Shown here in pieces: positions 52,456-64,000 of a stretch of 64,000 nucleotides of DNA. The notes under the pieces are model-generated. The model had not been told where the DNA came from. It did no database searches and saw only the letters and a program-made list of their open reading frames with translations. The first letter of the stretch is position 1. Each line of letters starts with the position of its first letter. The translations under genes and the position numbers were made by a program. The stretch is from Mobula hypostoma (lineage: Eukaryota): assembly GCF_963921235.1 (NCBI RefSeq), contig NC_086108.1, forward strand, positions 49,106,001-49,170,000, read 5' to 3'.

Positions 52456-52910
52456 CGACAAAACAACGACAGTCCATTCGAGTAGCGGCAAACGGCCTGC
52501 CTACTCAGCTGGATATGAGACGACAAAACAACGACAGTCCATTCGAGTAGCGGCAAACGGCCTGCCTACTCAGCTGGATACGAGACGACAAAACAACGAC
52601 AGTCCATTCGAGTAGCGGCAAACAGCCTGCCTACTCAGCTGGATACGAGACGACAAAACAACGACAGTCCATTCGAGTAGCGGAAAACGGCCTGCCTACT
52701 CAGCTGGATACGAGACGACAAAACAACGACAGTCCATTCGAGTAGCGGCAAACAGCCTGCCTACTCAGCTGGATACGAGACGACAAAACAAAGACAGTCC
52801 ATTCGAGTAGCGGCAAACAGCCTGCCTACTCAGCTGGATACGAGACGACAAAACAACGACAGTCCATTCGAGTAGCGGCAAACGACCTGCCTACTCAGCT
52901 GGATACGAGA
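52456..52910. repeat. 65-bp minisatellite, 7 near-identical copies plus degenerate tail
   Basis: CGACAAAACAACGACAGTCCATTCGAGTAGCGGCAAACRGCCTGCCTACTCAGCTGGATACGAGA starts at 52456, 52521, 52586, 52651, 52716, 52781 and 52846. Confidence 0.97.
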
Positions 52911-53454
52911 CGAAATCCAAACCACAACAGTCCATTCGAATCTCAGCTCAGAGTAGCGGCAATGGACAGCAAATCTCAGCTGGCCATGGAAACGGCAGAA
53001 TTCGTACCTTTGATTCGGAGTGACGGCAAACAGCCAGCAACTCAGCTGGACACAAAAACGACGAAATCCATAAAGCACCCAGGGCACCGAAGCCACTTAG
53101 AGTCCACAATGAACGGGGTCCCGAATCGGGCACAACTGCGTTTGCTCAGGTGGCGGTCCAGCATCGAGTAGCTGTAAGCCAGAACTTTTATGCTGCCGGC
53201 TCAGATGGGAAACAGGTGCCTTAATCAAGGCACCCGATGGACCACGGTGAAAAGGAAATAACTGGAATGAGGAGTCAACAGACGGAACCATGACAGATAT
53301 TACACTTATTCAAGGTTTTGACCGCATCAATAAATATATTTCTTTGTCTGCCTTATAACCTTTTCCCGTTACAATGTTTTGACTACAATGTCTCTTTTAG
53401 GAATCTTATTGCCTGGCATATGAACAAAATGTCCTGCTTGAGGGGACAAACTGA

Positions 53455-53730
53455 GTATAACACACATAACACTGGAGGAACTCTGCAGATCAGGCAGCAT
53501 CTATGGAAATGAATAAACAGTCGATGGTTTGGGCTGAGACCTTTTATCAGGACTGGAAAGGAAGAAGAAAAAAGCCAGAATTAAAAGGTGGGTGGAGGGG
53601 AAGGGCTAGCTAGAAGATTATAAGTGAAGCCAGGTGGGTGGGAAAGGTAAAAGGCTGGAGAAGAAGGAATCTGATAGGAGAGGAGAGGGGACCATGGGAG
53701 AAAGGGAAGAAGGATAGATACCAGGGGGAG
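53455..53730 (-). mobile_element. Penelope-like terminal fragment (degenerate hammerhead)
   Basis: Minus strand CCAGTCCTGATAAAAGGTCTCAGCCCAAACCATCGACTG plus the family flanks. Confidence 0.7.
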
Positions 53731-54704
53731 TATACTTAGTGCTTCCATGCTGGGGATGTTGGTATGGTGAAGGGCACTGACTTTGTTTAACATGAACTTT
53801 TGAGGATTTTTAGGAGAATGCCTTGATGGTCTATTACCAAATTGACCTCCCCTCCGTTCATTCAATCTACACTTTTTGCTGCCTTGGGGAAAGCAGCCAA
53901 CATAATCAAGGGCCTTTCCCACCCCAATTATTGTTTCATTTCCCCTCTCTACCCTACTCAAGTGTTGCTCAGAATATCAACAGGCTATCAGTACAAGTGG
54001 TCAATACAAATGGAGGGTGAATATCATCAAATTACTTGATAATGAAAACATTTTTAGCTTAAGATGAGAGAAACTAAATGGAGCAGAAGCCTCAGAGTCT
54101 GTGGAACTCCAGCACTCAGCTGAATGACAATGTTTCACTATGAACATGTATAAACATGTCCTTCAAATATGGAAGAAATCTGGTGGAAAAAGATTAAGAA
54201 AGTCATGGGAAATATCTTGGAACTAAAGAGAAAATGTAGTTTGATTTGCAGATATGCAAGACTTTCTGATTTTTGGGACTACACAAAACATAACCAAATA
54301 TTTGAAAAAGATTTGTTCAAAGCTGAAACTTTGACTATGGATTGATAAATACAGACTTTTTGATGAGTTTATCATCAGCAGTTTCCTTCCAGTTTTCAAA
54401 GGTTCAAAGGTTTCTGGTGCTTTTTGCTAAATAATTAAATTAAATGTCACAAGTAAAATATTATCCCTCGAAGTTTTATCTATAAAATTTAAATTTTATT
54501 TTGTTAAAACTGAGCAGCAGCAAAATAACATTGCAACAGTAAAAGTGTTGAAATTCCATTACAGACCTTAACCGTGGACAAATACCAGCAGACTGACAGA
54601 TCCTCTTTTGCTTTTGTTGCTGATGAACCTACTGTATATTTCCAGAAGTAGTTATCAATGTTCAAGTTCAAAGTGTAAAGTAAATTTACTATCAAAATAC
54701 CAAG

Positions 54705-57270
54705 AAGAGAAGTGCCTACTGTCCCATGCCCAGATCACGTTTCAGTAAATTGGATCACTTGGCTGTCCTCTTATCTACATGCAGGCAGAGGCTAACAAGC
54801 AAAGCTCCTGAAATTTGGATGTCAAAGAGGTATCGTGGGAGGCAGAGGAGCGGCAATGGGATTGCTTCGAGTTGGTGGACTAGGTTTGTTCAAGGACTCT
54901 TCTCTGGATCTGAATGAATACACCCTGGTTGTCATGGACTTTATTAAAACAGTTGTAGACAAGTGTGTTTCCACAAAATTATTCAGAGTCTTCCCCAACC
55001 AGGACCCCTGGATGAACTATGGGATCTGCTGTCCGTTGAGATATTCAAGTCTAGTGACTAAGAAAATTACAAGAGGTCCATATAAAATCTCCAGAAAGCC
55101 ATCTCATGGGCAAAGTGGCAATTCCAGATTAAACTTGAATCAATGAAGGATGCTTAACAATTGTGGCATGGCTTGAACACTGTCACCTCTTATGAAGTTA
55201 AATCAAGTGACCTAGGCAGCAACCAGGCTTCGCTTCAGATGAGTGCAATGCCTTCTATTTTCACTTTGACTGTGGAGGAAACATGGAGGAACTATTGCAA
55301 ACTCCCTCAGCCCCTTATGATCCTATGATTTCAGTTTCTGAGGCCAACGTGTGAGCAACCTTCAAGTAGGTGAACCTACAACAACCATTTGGCCTAGACG
55401 GGGTACCTGGCCAAGTACTAAAGACTGATGAACTGACTGGAGTGTTTACTCAGACCTTTAACCTCTCACTTCGACAGTCTGAGGTACACAACTGCTTCAA
55501 GTAAACTTCAATTATACCAATGCCTAAGAGAACATGGTAACCTGCCTCAATGACTATCATCCACCAGCACTTACATCCACTGTGATGAAGTGTTTTGAGA
55601 GGCTGGTGATGAAACATATAAGCTCCTGCCTGAGAGGTGACTTGGATCCACTCCAATATGCCTACTGGAGCAACAAATCCACAGCAGATGCCATTTTCTT
55701 GGCTCTTCACTCAACCCTGGAACATCTGACAGCAAAGGCGCATACGTACATCAGGATGCTCTTTACCAATTACAGCTCAGTTTTCAATACCATCGTCCCC
55801 TCAAAGCTAATCAATAAGCTTTAAGACCTTGGCTTCAATACCTCCTTGTGCAATTGGATCCTTGATTTCCTCACTCGTAGACCCCAGCCAGTTTGGTTTG
55901 GCAACAACATCTCCTCCACAATCTCCATCAACACAGGTGCACCATAAAGCTGTGTGCTTCCCACCACACCTCCTCCCCCGCTCTACTCGCTTTACACTAA
56001 TGATGATGTGGCTAAGCACGGCTCCAATGCCATGTTCAAGTTTGCTGACAACACCATTGTCATAGGCCAAATCAAAGGTGGTGATAAATCAGCACATAGG
56101 AGGGAGATTGAAAATCAGGCTGAGCAGTGTCATAATAACAACCAGAAAGCTATCTAATGGGCAAAATGGCAATTCCAGACTAAACTTGAATCAATGAAGG
56201 ATGTTTAACAGTTGTGGCATGGCTTGAACACTATCACCTCTTATAAAGTTAAATGTCAGCAAGACCAAGGAGCTGATTATTGACTTCAGGAGAAAGAAAC
56301 CGGAGGTTTATGAGCCAGTCCTAATTGGAGGATCAATGGTGGAAAGGGTTAGCAATTTTAAATTCCTTGATGTTATTATTTTGGAGGACCTGTCCTGGGT
56401 GCAGCACATAATGTAAGTGCAATTACAAAGAAAGCACGGCAAACTTGAGAGTTTGCGAAGATTTGTCATGCCTTCTAAAACATTGACAAATTTCTATGGA
56501 TGTGTAGTGGAGAGTATGTTGACTGGCTGCATCATATGAGAAACACCAATGCCCTTGAACAGAAAATTCTACAGAAAGTACTGGATATGGCTCAGTCTAT
56601 CAGTGGTAAAACCCTCCCACCATTAAGCACATCTACATGAAGCATTATTGCAGGAAAACAGCATCCATCATCAGGGACCCCCACCATGCAGGTCATGCTC
56701 TCTTCTTGCTGGTGCCATCAGGTAGAAGGTACAGGAGCCTCAGGACTCATAGCACCAGGTTTGAGAACAGTTATTACCCCTCAACCATCAGGCTCTTGAA
56801 CCAAAGGGGATAACTTCACACATCTCACTTGCACCATCATTGAGGTGTCCTAGATAGACTGGGAAAACAGGGTGTCGGGATCCAGGGCGAGAGCCGATTT
56901 CGCTTGCTCTTTGTGATGGTCACTTCTCTCTCTATAGCGTGAGGCTATAAAGACTGTCCTGGCTGTTGTGCTCTGTGCCTGCTGCAATGCTTTGGGTCTA
57001 TTTTGGCTCCATGGTTCAGATTTCGGGACTCGGTTTTGATTGTTGTTTTTCACCTCAGATGTTTGCATGGTTTGTGTTTTTTTTCTTTCTCTTGCTTATC
57101 AAGTGTTTGTCTTATTTATTTATTTTCTTTAATTGGGTACTTTTGGGTTTCTTGCTTTGTGACTACCTGTGAGCAAACAAATCTCAAGGTTGTATACATT
57201 CTTTGGTAATAAATGTACTTTGACTTGAATATATGTCCTTGGGTAATAAATTTAATTTGAACTTTGAACT
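54705..57270 (+). mobile_element. Decayed Rex1/Babar-like LINE with tail
   Basis: CLNDYHPPALTSTVMKCFERLV...LDPLQYAY...STADAI...YIRMLFTNYSSVFNTI and LYSLYTND...FKFADNT. Ends in (TTTGAAC)n. Confidence 0.88.
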
Positions 57271-57274
57271 TTGT

Positions 57275-58095
57275 TAGCATCAACTATATTGGGATTCATT
57301 TTCTCACTGGCATTTACAGGAAAAAAGAAATACAATAGAATTGTATGAAAAGCTCTACATAAATAGACAAAGACTAAGACAAAGATAAACTATACAAATA
57401 AAAATAATACCAAGAAAATGAGTTGTAAAGAGCCCTGAAAGGTCTTAGAATCAGTTCAAAATAAAGGGAAATGAAGTTATCCATGCCAGTTCAGGAGCCT
57501 GATGGTTGTAGGGTAATAACTTGAACCTAGTAGTATGGGAGGAAGCAAGAAGAGAGCATGGCCTGAATTGTTGGGGCCTTTGATGATGGATACAGCTTTC
57601 TTGTGCCAGTACTCCAGATAAATGTACTCATTGGTGGGGAGGGCACTGCCTGTAATGGATGGTGTGCTATCCATCACTCCCTGTAGTGTATTCTATTTCT
57701 GGGCACTGGTTTTTCCATGCCAGGCCATGATGTAACTAGTCAAGATACTCTCCACTATGCATCTATAGAAGTTTGTCAATGTTTTTGGTTGACATGCCAA
57801 ATCTACTCAAATTTCTTAGGAAGTAGAGGAACTGTAGTGACTACTTTGTGATGACACTTATACACTGGTTCCAAGATAGATCCTTTGATATCAAAACGCC
57901 AAGTAATTTAAAACTACTGATACACTGCACCTCTTTTTCCCTAATGAAATCTGGCTCCTGGACATCTGACTTCTTCATCCTATATTCAATAATCAGTTCT
58001 TTGGTTTTGCTAATATCAAGTGAGAGGTTGTCATTGTGGCATCACTCAATCTGATTTCCATTCTCCCTCCTATATGCTGATTCATCACCTGCTAA
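57275..58095 (-). mobile_element. Rex1/Babar-like 3' fragment, tail-to-tail with the previous copy
   Basis: KKAVSIIKGPNNSGHALFLL...SYYPTTIRLLN. Confidence 0.7.
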
Positions 58096-58959
58096 TTTGC
58101 CAAGGACCAAACATAAATAATGATCCCTTGTATAAAGTATTATAGACCAAGTGTTGTTGGTAGAACAAATTCCTCTGTGCTTAGTACCTGTTAAGGTGGT
58201 ATTGAACCAGAAGGAATAGGGATGAATTTTTACAATGAAATAAGGATAAAAAACATATGAAGTACACTAGTTGATCCCTTTTCAGTGGCTGAAGATAGGC
58301 CCCTGCATGGAACCAGCCTCATCATTCCACTAAAATAATCATTCATTGGAAATCCAAGTCAAAGGGTGGATAGAGTACAGAAAAATTGCATCCCAGCTCC
58401 AGTCTCATACATAGCTTTGTGTTCAACCTTCAGCACACATTCTCCAGTACTCCAGCATGGAAGTGGTGTTCTGCTTCTTGTCAATGCTCATAGCCCTGAC
58501 CCTGCTATGCTATTTAATGGTAGAAATCAAAGCCTTTATTGCAGCTAAGACAGAAACAACTTACCCTTTGATTTCTTTGTGGATGCTCTGTCTTGCGTCC
58601 TTGCTAGTAAATCTGTTACCACTCTGGACTCTACTGATTGTGGGGGCTTTATGAGATTACTCCAGTAATCTATCATTCAGCAGCTTTACAGAATTCTGTG
58701 TGATGCAGATAGACAGTGCGATGCATTGTAACTTGGCATTAAAATTGCCAAATAAAAATGGTTGTACACGAGATTCTAAATGCTGGAAATGGAGTGAAAA
58801 ACAAAATACTTTGCAGGCTGCTTCGGCTGAAGGGCCTAATTCTGCTCCTATGTCTTATGGTCTCGTAAATGATACAAGACTATAAGACATAGGAGCAGAA
58901 TTAAGTAATTTTGTATTGTCTAGTTTGTGAGAAATACGCTTCTTTATGTAATAAAAGAG

Positions 58960-61440
58960 GAAACTGCCTGGAGTCAGAGGAAGTAGGGAGGTTGTTAATG
59001 ACAACTTCGCTTCAGTGTTCGTCAGCGAAAGGACCTTGTCAAATATGAGATCAGAGTAGAACAACCTATATACTGGAACATGTCGACATGAAGAAAAAGG
59101 GTGCACAGGAAGTATTGAAAAACTTTAGAACAGGTAAGTCCCCTGGGCTGGACAGGATACACCCCTAGTTACTATGGGGAACATAGAAAGCGATTGCTGC
59201 ACCTTTAGCGATGATCTTTGCATCTTCACTGGCCACAGGAGTAATACCAGAAGATTGGAGGGTGGCAAATGTTATTTCTTTGTTCAAGAAAGGTAATAGG
59301 AATAACACAGGGATTTATAGACCTGTGAATCTTATGTCAGTAATGGACAAACTATTGGAGAGAATTCTGAGATACAGGCTTTATGAGCATTTGGAAAAGC
59401 ATAGCCTGATAAGTAATGGTCAACATGGCTTTGTGAGGGCAGGAGATGCCTCACAAGCCTGATTGAATTCTTTGAGGATGTGACAAAACACAGTTATGAA
59501 GGGAGAGTTGTGAATGTAGTATACATGGACTATAAGCCTGCTCTTTATGATTTTTATAAATGACTTCCACATTCTTGGAAGTGGAAAGGTGGGTTAGTAA
59601 GTTGCAAAATACATGAAGGCTGGTGGTGTTGTGGATAGTGTAAAAGGATATTGTAGTTTACAATGGGGCATTGATAAGAATGCAGAGTTGGGTTGAGAAG
59701 ATGCGATAGAGTTCAATCTGGAAAAGTGTGAAGTGATTCATTTTGAACAGTCAAACATGAAGGCAAAATACAGGGTTAATGGCAGGATTCTTAATATAGA
59801 GGAACAGAGGGATCTTAGGGCCCATGGTCCTAGTTCCCTTGAAGTTGCAATGCAAGTTGTTAGGGTGGTTAAAAGGACATATGGTATGTTTATAGAGTCA
59901 GAGTCATAGGCCCTTCTGTTCATCCCACCCATGCCAAACTGTTACTCTATTTTGTCCGATTGACCTGCACGGCAACCATACTTCTCCATTCCTTCCCTGT
60001 ACTTATCCAACCATCTTAAATATCGAAATTGATCCCGCATCCACCATTTCCACTGGCAGTTCGTTCCAAGCTTGCACCACTCTTTGAATGAAGAAGTGCC
60101 CCTTCAGGTTCCCCTTAAATATTTCACTTTTCATCCTTAACCTATGACCTCTAGTTCTCGTCTCACTCAACCTCAGTGGAAAAAGCCTGCTTGCATTTAC
60201 CCTATCTATACCCCTCATAATTTTGTATACCTCTATCAAATTGTCCATCATCCTTATATGCTCCAGGGAATAAAGTTGTAATCTATCTAACCTTTCCCTA
60301 TAACTCACGTCCTCATGTCCCAGCAACATTCTTGTAAATTTTCCCTGTACTCATTCAATCTTTTCTTTCGGAAGCTGACCAGAATTGCACACAATACTCC
60401 AAATTTTTCCTCACCAATGTCTTATCCAACTTTAGTGTCACTTCCCAACTGCTGTTCTCAATACTCTATTTATAAAGGCCATGTGCCAAAGCTCTCTTTA
60501 TGACCCTATCCATGTAACATCTCTTACAAGGAATTATAGATCTGTATTCCCAGATCCCTTTGTAATTCTGCACTCCTCAGTGCCCTAATGTTTAAATCCT
60601 AACTTGGTTTGACCTTCCAAAGTGCAACACGTCACACTTGTCTGGATTCAATTTCATCTGCTATTTTTCAGCACATTTTTCTTGCTGGGCCAGATCCTGC
60701 TGCAAACTTTGATAGCGTTCCTCACTGTCCACTCTGCCCCCAATCTTGGTTTCATGTGTAAATATACTGATCCAATTAGCCACATTATCATCCAGATGTT
60801 GGTCTTCATTAGTCAGAGGATTGAGTTCAAGAGCCACAAAGTAATGTTGCAGCCCTTTAAAACTCTGATTAGACCACACTTAGAGTATTGTGTTCAATTC
60901 TGGTCACCTCATTATAGGAAGGATGTAGAAACTTTAGAAAGGGTGCAGAGCAGATTTACCAGGATACTGCCTGAATTAGCAATAACGTCTTAAGAGGATA
61001 GGTTGAGTGAGCTAGAGCTTTTCTCTGTGGAGCGAAAGGGGATGAGAGGTGACTTGTTAGTGGTGTACAAGATGATAAGAGGCATTGTTAGAGTGGACAG
61101 CCAGGGTCTTTTTCCCAGTGCGAAAATGGCTAATACAAAAGCGGGCATAACTTTAAGGTGCTTGGAAGCAAGTATAGGGGGATGTAAAAGGTATTTTTTA
61201 CAGAGGGAGTGGTGGGTGCATGGAGACTAGAGACTATTGCCAGTGTTGGTGGCACAGATAGATACATTAGGGACATTTAAGAGACTCTTAAATACCAGAA
61301 GATTGGAGGGTGGCACATGGATGAATGAATGGAGGGCTATTTAGAAGGGAAGGGTTAGATTGCTCTCAGAGTAGGTTAAATGGTCTGCAAAACTTCGTGG
61401 GTCAAGGCCTGTTCTGTGCTGGACCGCTCTATGTTCCACG
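58960..61440 (+). mobile_element. Decayed CR1 (+) interrupted by an antisense CR1 3' part at 59891-60795
   Basis: IPEDWRVANVISLFKKG...QHGFV, then LIRPHLEYCVQFWSPHY. The nested minus copy is flanked by ATGTT at 59886-59890 and 60796-60800. Confidence 0.82.
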
Positions 61441-63671
61441 TTTTTCAGTCTGGTAGAATCACAGCAAACAAACTTGTAGTGGGTGGTGCTTGGCATCCTG
61501 ACTGCCTACCATAAATTTTATTTATTTGAGATTTGTTGAGGAGGTAGACATAAATTGTTTAGTTTACTAATCTGTTGAATTACATATTTGGTTCAGAAGG
61601 TCAGAAAAATAAACAAGATGGTTTTACTTGCTAAAAGGAAACTATTTGTGTTTACCTTGCAGAAAATAGAAAAGGCAAAGTATATAATTATATTGAATAA
61701 TTGCAACAGTTTTATGTTTAATCCAAAAAAAAAAGTTTAAATGTAACTGGAAAACTGTCAAAACATGCATATAAATATTTTAGGAAATAGTGATTGCTCA
61801 TGAATGACCACTTCTTTAAGTGGTTTGTATGAAGTTGTGGAATTTTTTTTGTTTTGATTGATGCCTTTATTAATCCTTAGTAGCCCAAAAAATGAAAATA
61901 TAGGGACTAAAGTCCTTGAACATGAGCACAAAGATTCTGATTTAATTTGTGCTGATCTTGACAACATGCCAATTTCCTGGTTTACATTTTCATCATTTTG
62001 TACAGTTGTATTACAGAAATTTTCCTTTAGCTGTACATAATGTTGGTGATGCCATACCTGGAATTTTGTGCACAGTTGTGGTCCCCTTCCCTAAAGCTGC
62101 AAAAAAGGAAATCATCAGGTTAATTTCTGAGATGTGCAGGTTGTCTTTTCAAGACAGGTGAGATAGTTTAGGGCAGATATTTCTTGGAGTTCAGAAGAAT
62201 GAGAGTATAAGTTCCTTTGAGAGCTTAACAGGATTGAGATGTTTTAATTGGCAGGTGAGTCACAAATAAGATGTACTTGATTTATTTAAGGTGGAGATAT
62301 ATATGAAAATATATATGCACACAGAATGTGTGTGTGTGTATTTGTAACTTTAGGGAATTGAGCATTATGGGGAAACTGGCACAGAAAAGGAGCTGAACCA
62401 GGTATGGCTCAGTCATGATCAGATCGAATGATGGGGCAGACTTGAGGGACCTTGTGGCCTTCTCCTGTTCTTATTTTCTTATGCTTCTTTATGCTCAAAA
62501 ATGGATCAACTGGAACAGCCATAAGTGTATGTGCTTTTTGAAAGCAATTCAATCTTTATAGACGTAGTATTTTATTCAGAAACTGGTGATTAATAGAATT
62601 CAAATACAATACCACTTTTTTGAATTTACTTAAACTATTTTTAAATTTTATTGGAAGTCTTTCACGTCCTGCTTATTCATTGAAACACTGAAGATTATAA
62701 GTTGTAGTTTAGAAGTAGAAGCAAAAAAAAATGGGACCAGAAATCTAAAACATTCTAATGTGGAAAATTGAATTACAAAATGTGATTGGTATTTCTGATT
62801 GCTATGATATACTGTATTCCTTGTGCAGGGACACATTAGAGTGAATTTATGGAGCCTTGAGTATATAGAAAAAATACGTGTAATGCTTCTGTTTTGAAAT
62901 CTGTTTCTTGTTAACTTCCTTTATAGTTTCTTGAAAGTTTTGGTGTAAATCTATTAAAAAATAATCAATGGCTTATCACATGTTCAGGGCAACTTCACAG
63001 GGCTGAGATAAATTGGGTATGAGGAAGATATTTGGTTAGTTGCCTCGCTTTTGAAGTATGCTGTGGATGTGGAGCATATAGTGTCCACTCATATACTTTG
63101 GATTTCATCAAGCAATGTCCACTATAGTATATATTTTGTAATTAAAGTAGATAATAATTTTCAAATTTCATAGAATACTTTATTATTTCCATTATTCAAT
63201 TCTCTATTTAGAATATTAAAGGAACTCCTGAAAAAGGAGTTCTTCAATGGCATTGGACCCCCTAAAGAACATACATATGACTTCCAAACAAATATAGAGT
63301 GGGATCAATATTTGAGGAGATTGTGTTTCGGATCATCCAAATACTCGACGGATACATATTGCATTCAATACGTTTCATTCAAACAAAAAGTGCAATGCAT
63401 ACCTATTCAACCCTGCATATTTCAGCCTGTATTGCAATGATGTTTGTCAGGTTCATTTTATTCACATTTTTCTATCAGAACTAGAAAAGCTGAATACTAA
63501 TTTTCTCCCCACACAACCTTTCTGTATCCAGTATTTGAATGCAGGGACGTTGCAGATAGCAACGTTTGTCACATTTATTCACTCATTCTGCAAACATGAA
63601 GTAAAATTTTTACTCTTTGTCTGTGATATTAATATTGAAAGACATATACTTAATATCATAAATAGACAGAC

Positions 63672-64000
63672 TGTAGCGATGTGCTACACACAGCGCTAGA
63701 ATAACCACACGGAGTCGGTGAGTTAGAGTTGCGATGAAAGAGATTTATTCAAACTTCGCGGCCCGCTTTAAAGCCTTCCCGTTCCCGCCCTCCCTGAGCA
63801 GGACTACTGTGGAGAATGCATATTCCCAGACCCTTTCTGCGCGCGGGATTTTCCCCCTGCTGGTGAAGATGGCCTGGCGCCCTTTTTGCTGCCGGCCCTC
63901 TGCCTGGGTGCGCTGTTTCGTGAGCCGGTTCGTGGGTGCCAGAAAGTGGGTCGCCACATAACCCCCCCCCCCAGAACTGGCGATACCTCCCCCAATGTCC
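63672..64000 (-). mobile_element. 3' LTR (63672-63958, 287 bp) and polypurine tract of a Gypsy-type LTR retrotransposon extending beyond the window
   Basis: Minus strand reads a G-run, TTA, then TGTGGCGA...AATAAA...TCGCTACA, with terminal inverted repeats TGTRGCGA. CpG-rich, so probably young. Confidence 0.85.

Larger units (their letters stand above)
50905..53295 (-). mobile_element. Gypsy-type solo LTR expanded by a nested DNA element and tandem arrays
   Basis: Minus strand begins TGTCATGG and ends ...GGGTCC...CGTGCAACA. 5-bp flanks CATAT/GATAT. No internal coding region. Confidence 0.7.

Noticed and set aside
51931..52485. 184-aa ORF as a transposase
   Set aside because: It runs across the TIR into tandem repeats and has no DDE motifs.
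52456..52910. CRISPR array
   Set aside because: Units are head-to-tail with no unique spacers, there are no cas genes, and the context is a eukaryotic LTR.
44200..63660. Exons of a second host gene upstream of SHCBP1L
   Set aside because: No recognisable protein or convincing exon was found in the non-repeat gaps. Small or non-coding exons cannot be excluded by eye.
63672..64000. CpG-island promoter of a neighbouring gene
   Set aside because: Better explained as an LTR: TG..CA ends with inverted repeats, AATAAA and an adjacent polypurine tract.

Overview
Eukaryotic, repeat-dense vertebrate DNA. The CR1, Rex1/Babar, Penelope and V-SINE-like content suggests a cartilaginous fish (inference only). 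The only host gene I can support is SHCBP1L on the minus strand: coding exon 1 at 39022-38747 inside a CpG island, a 25 kb intron 1, and exon 2 at 13713-13564. I found no exon 3, so it is probably left of the window. Almost everything else is transposable-element sequence, often nested. This includes a full-length L1 with a 15-bp TSD and only three visible lesions, many CR1 and Rex1/Babar LINE copies, an RTE fragment and Penelope-like (GIY-YIG) elements. There is also a Gypsy-type solo LTR carrying a 65-bp hairpin tandem array and a nested Harbinger-like element, plus a 3' LTR with polypurine tract at the right edge. The most unusual features are the minimal hammerhead-ribozyme motifs in Penelope termini, a 1.19-kb two-ended Penelope palindrome bounded by one 13-bp TSD, other fold-back structures made of retroelement ends, several templated-insertion scars and a candidate structured RNA divergent from SHCBP1L. 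All family and gene calls come from recalled motifs, not database searches. Boundaries of decayed repeats are approximate.
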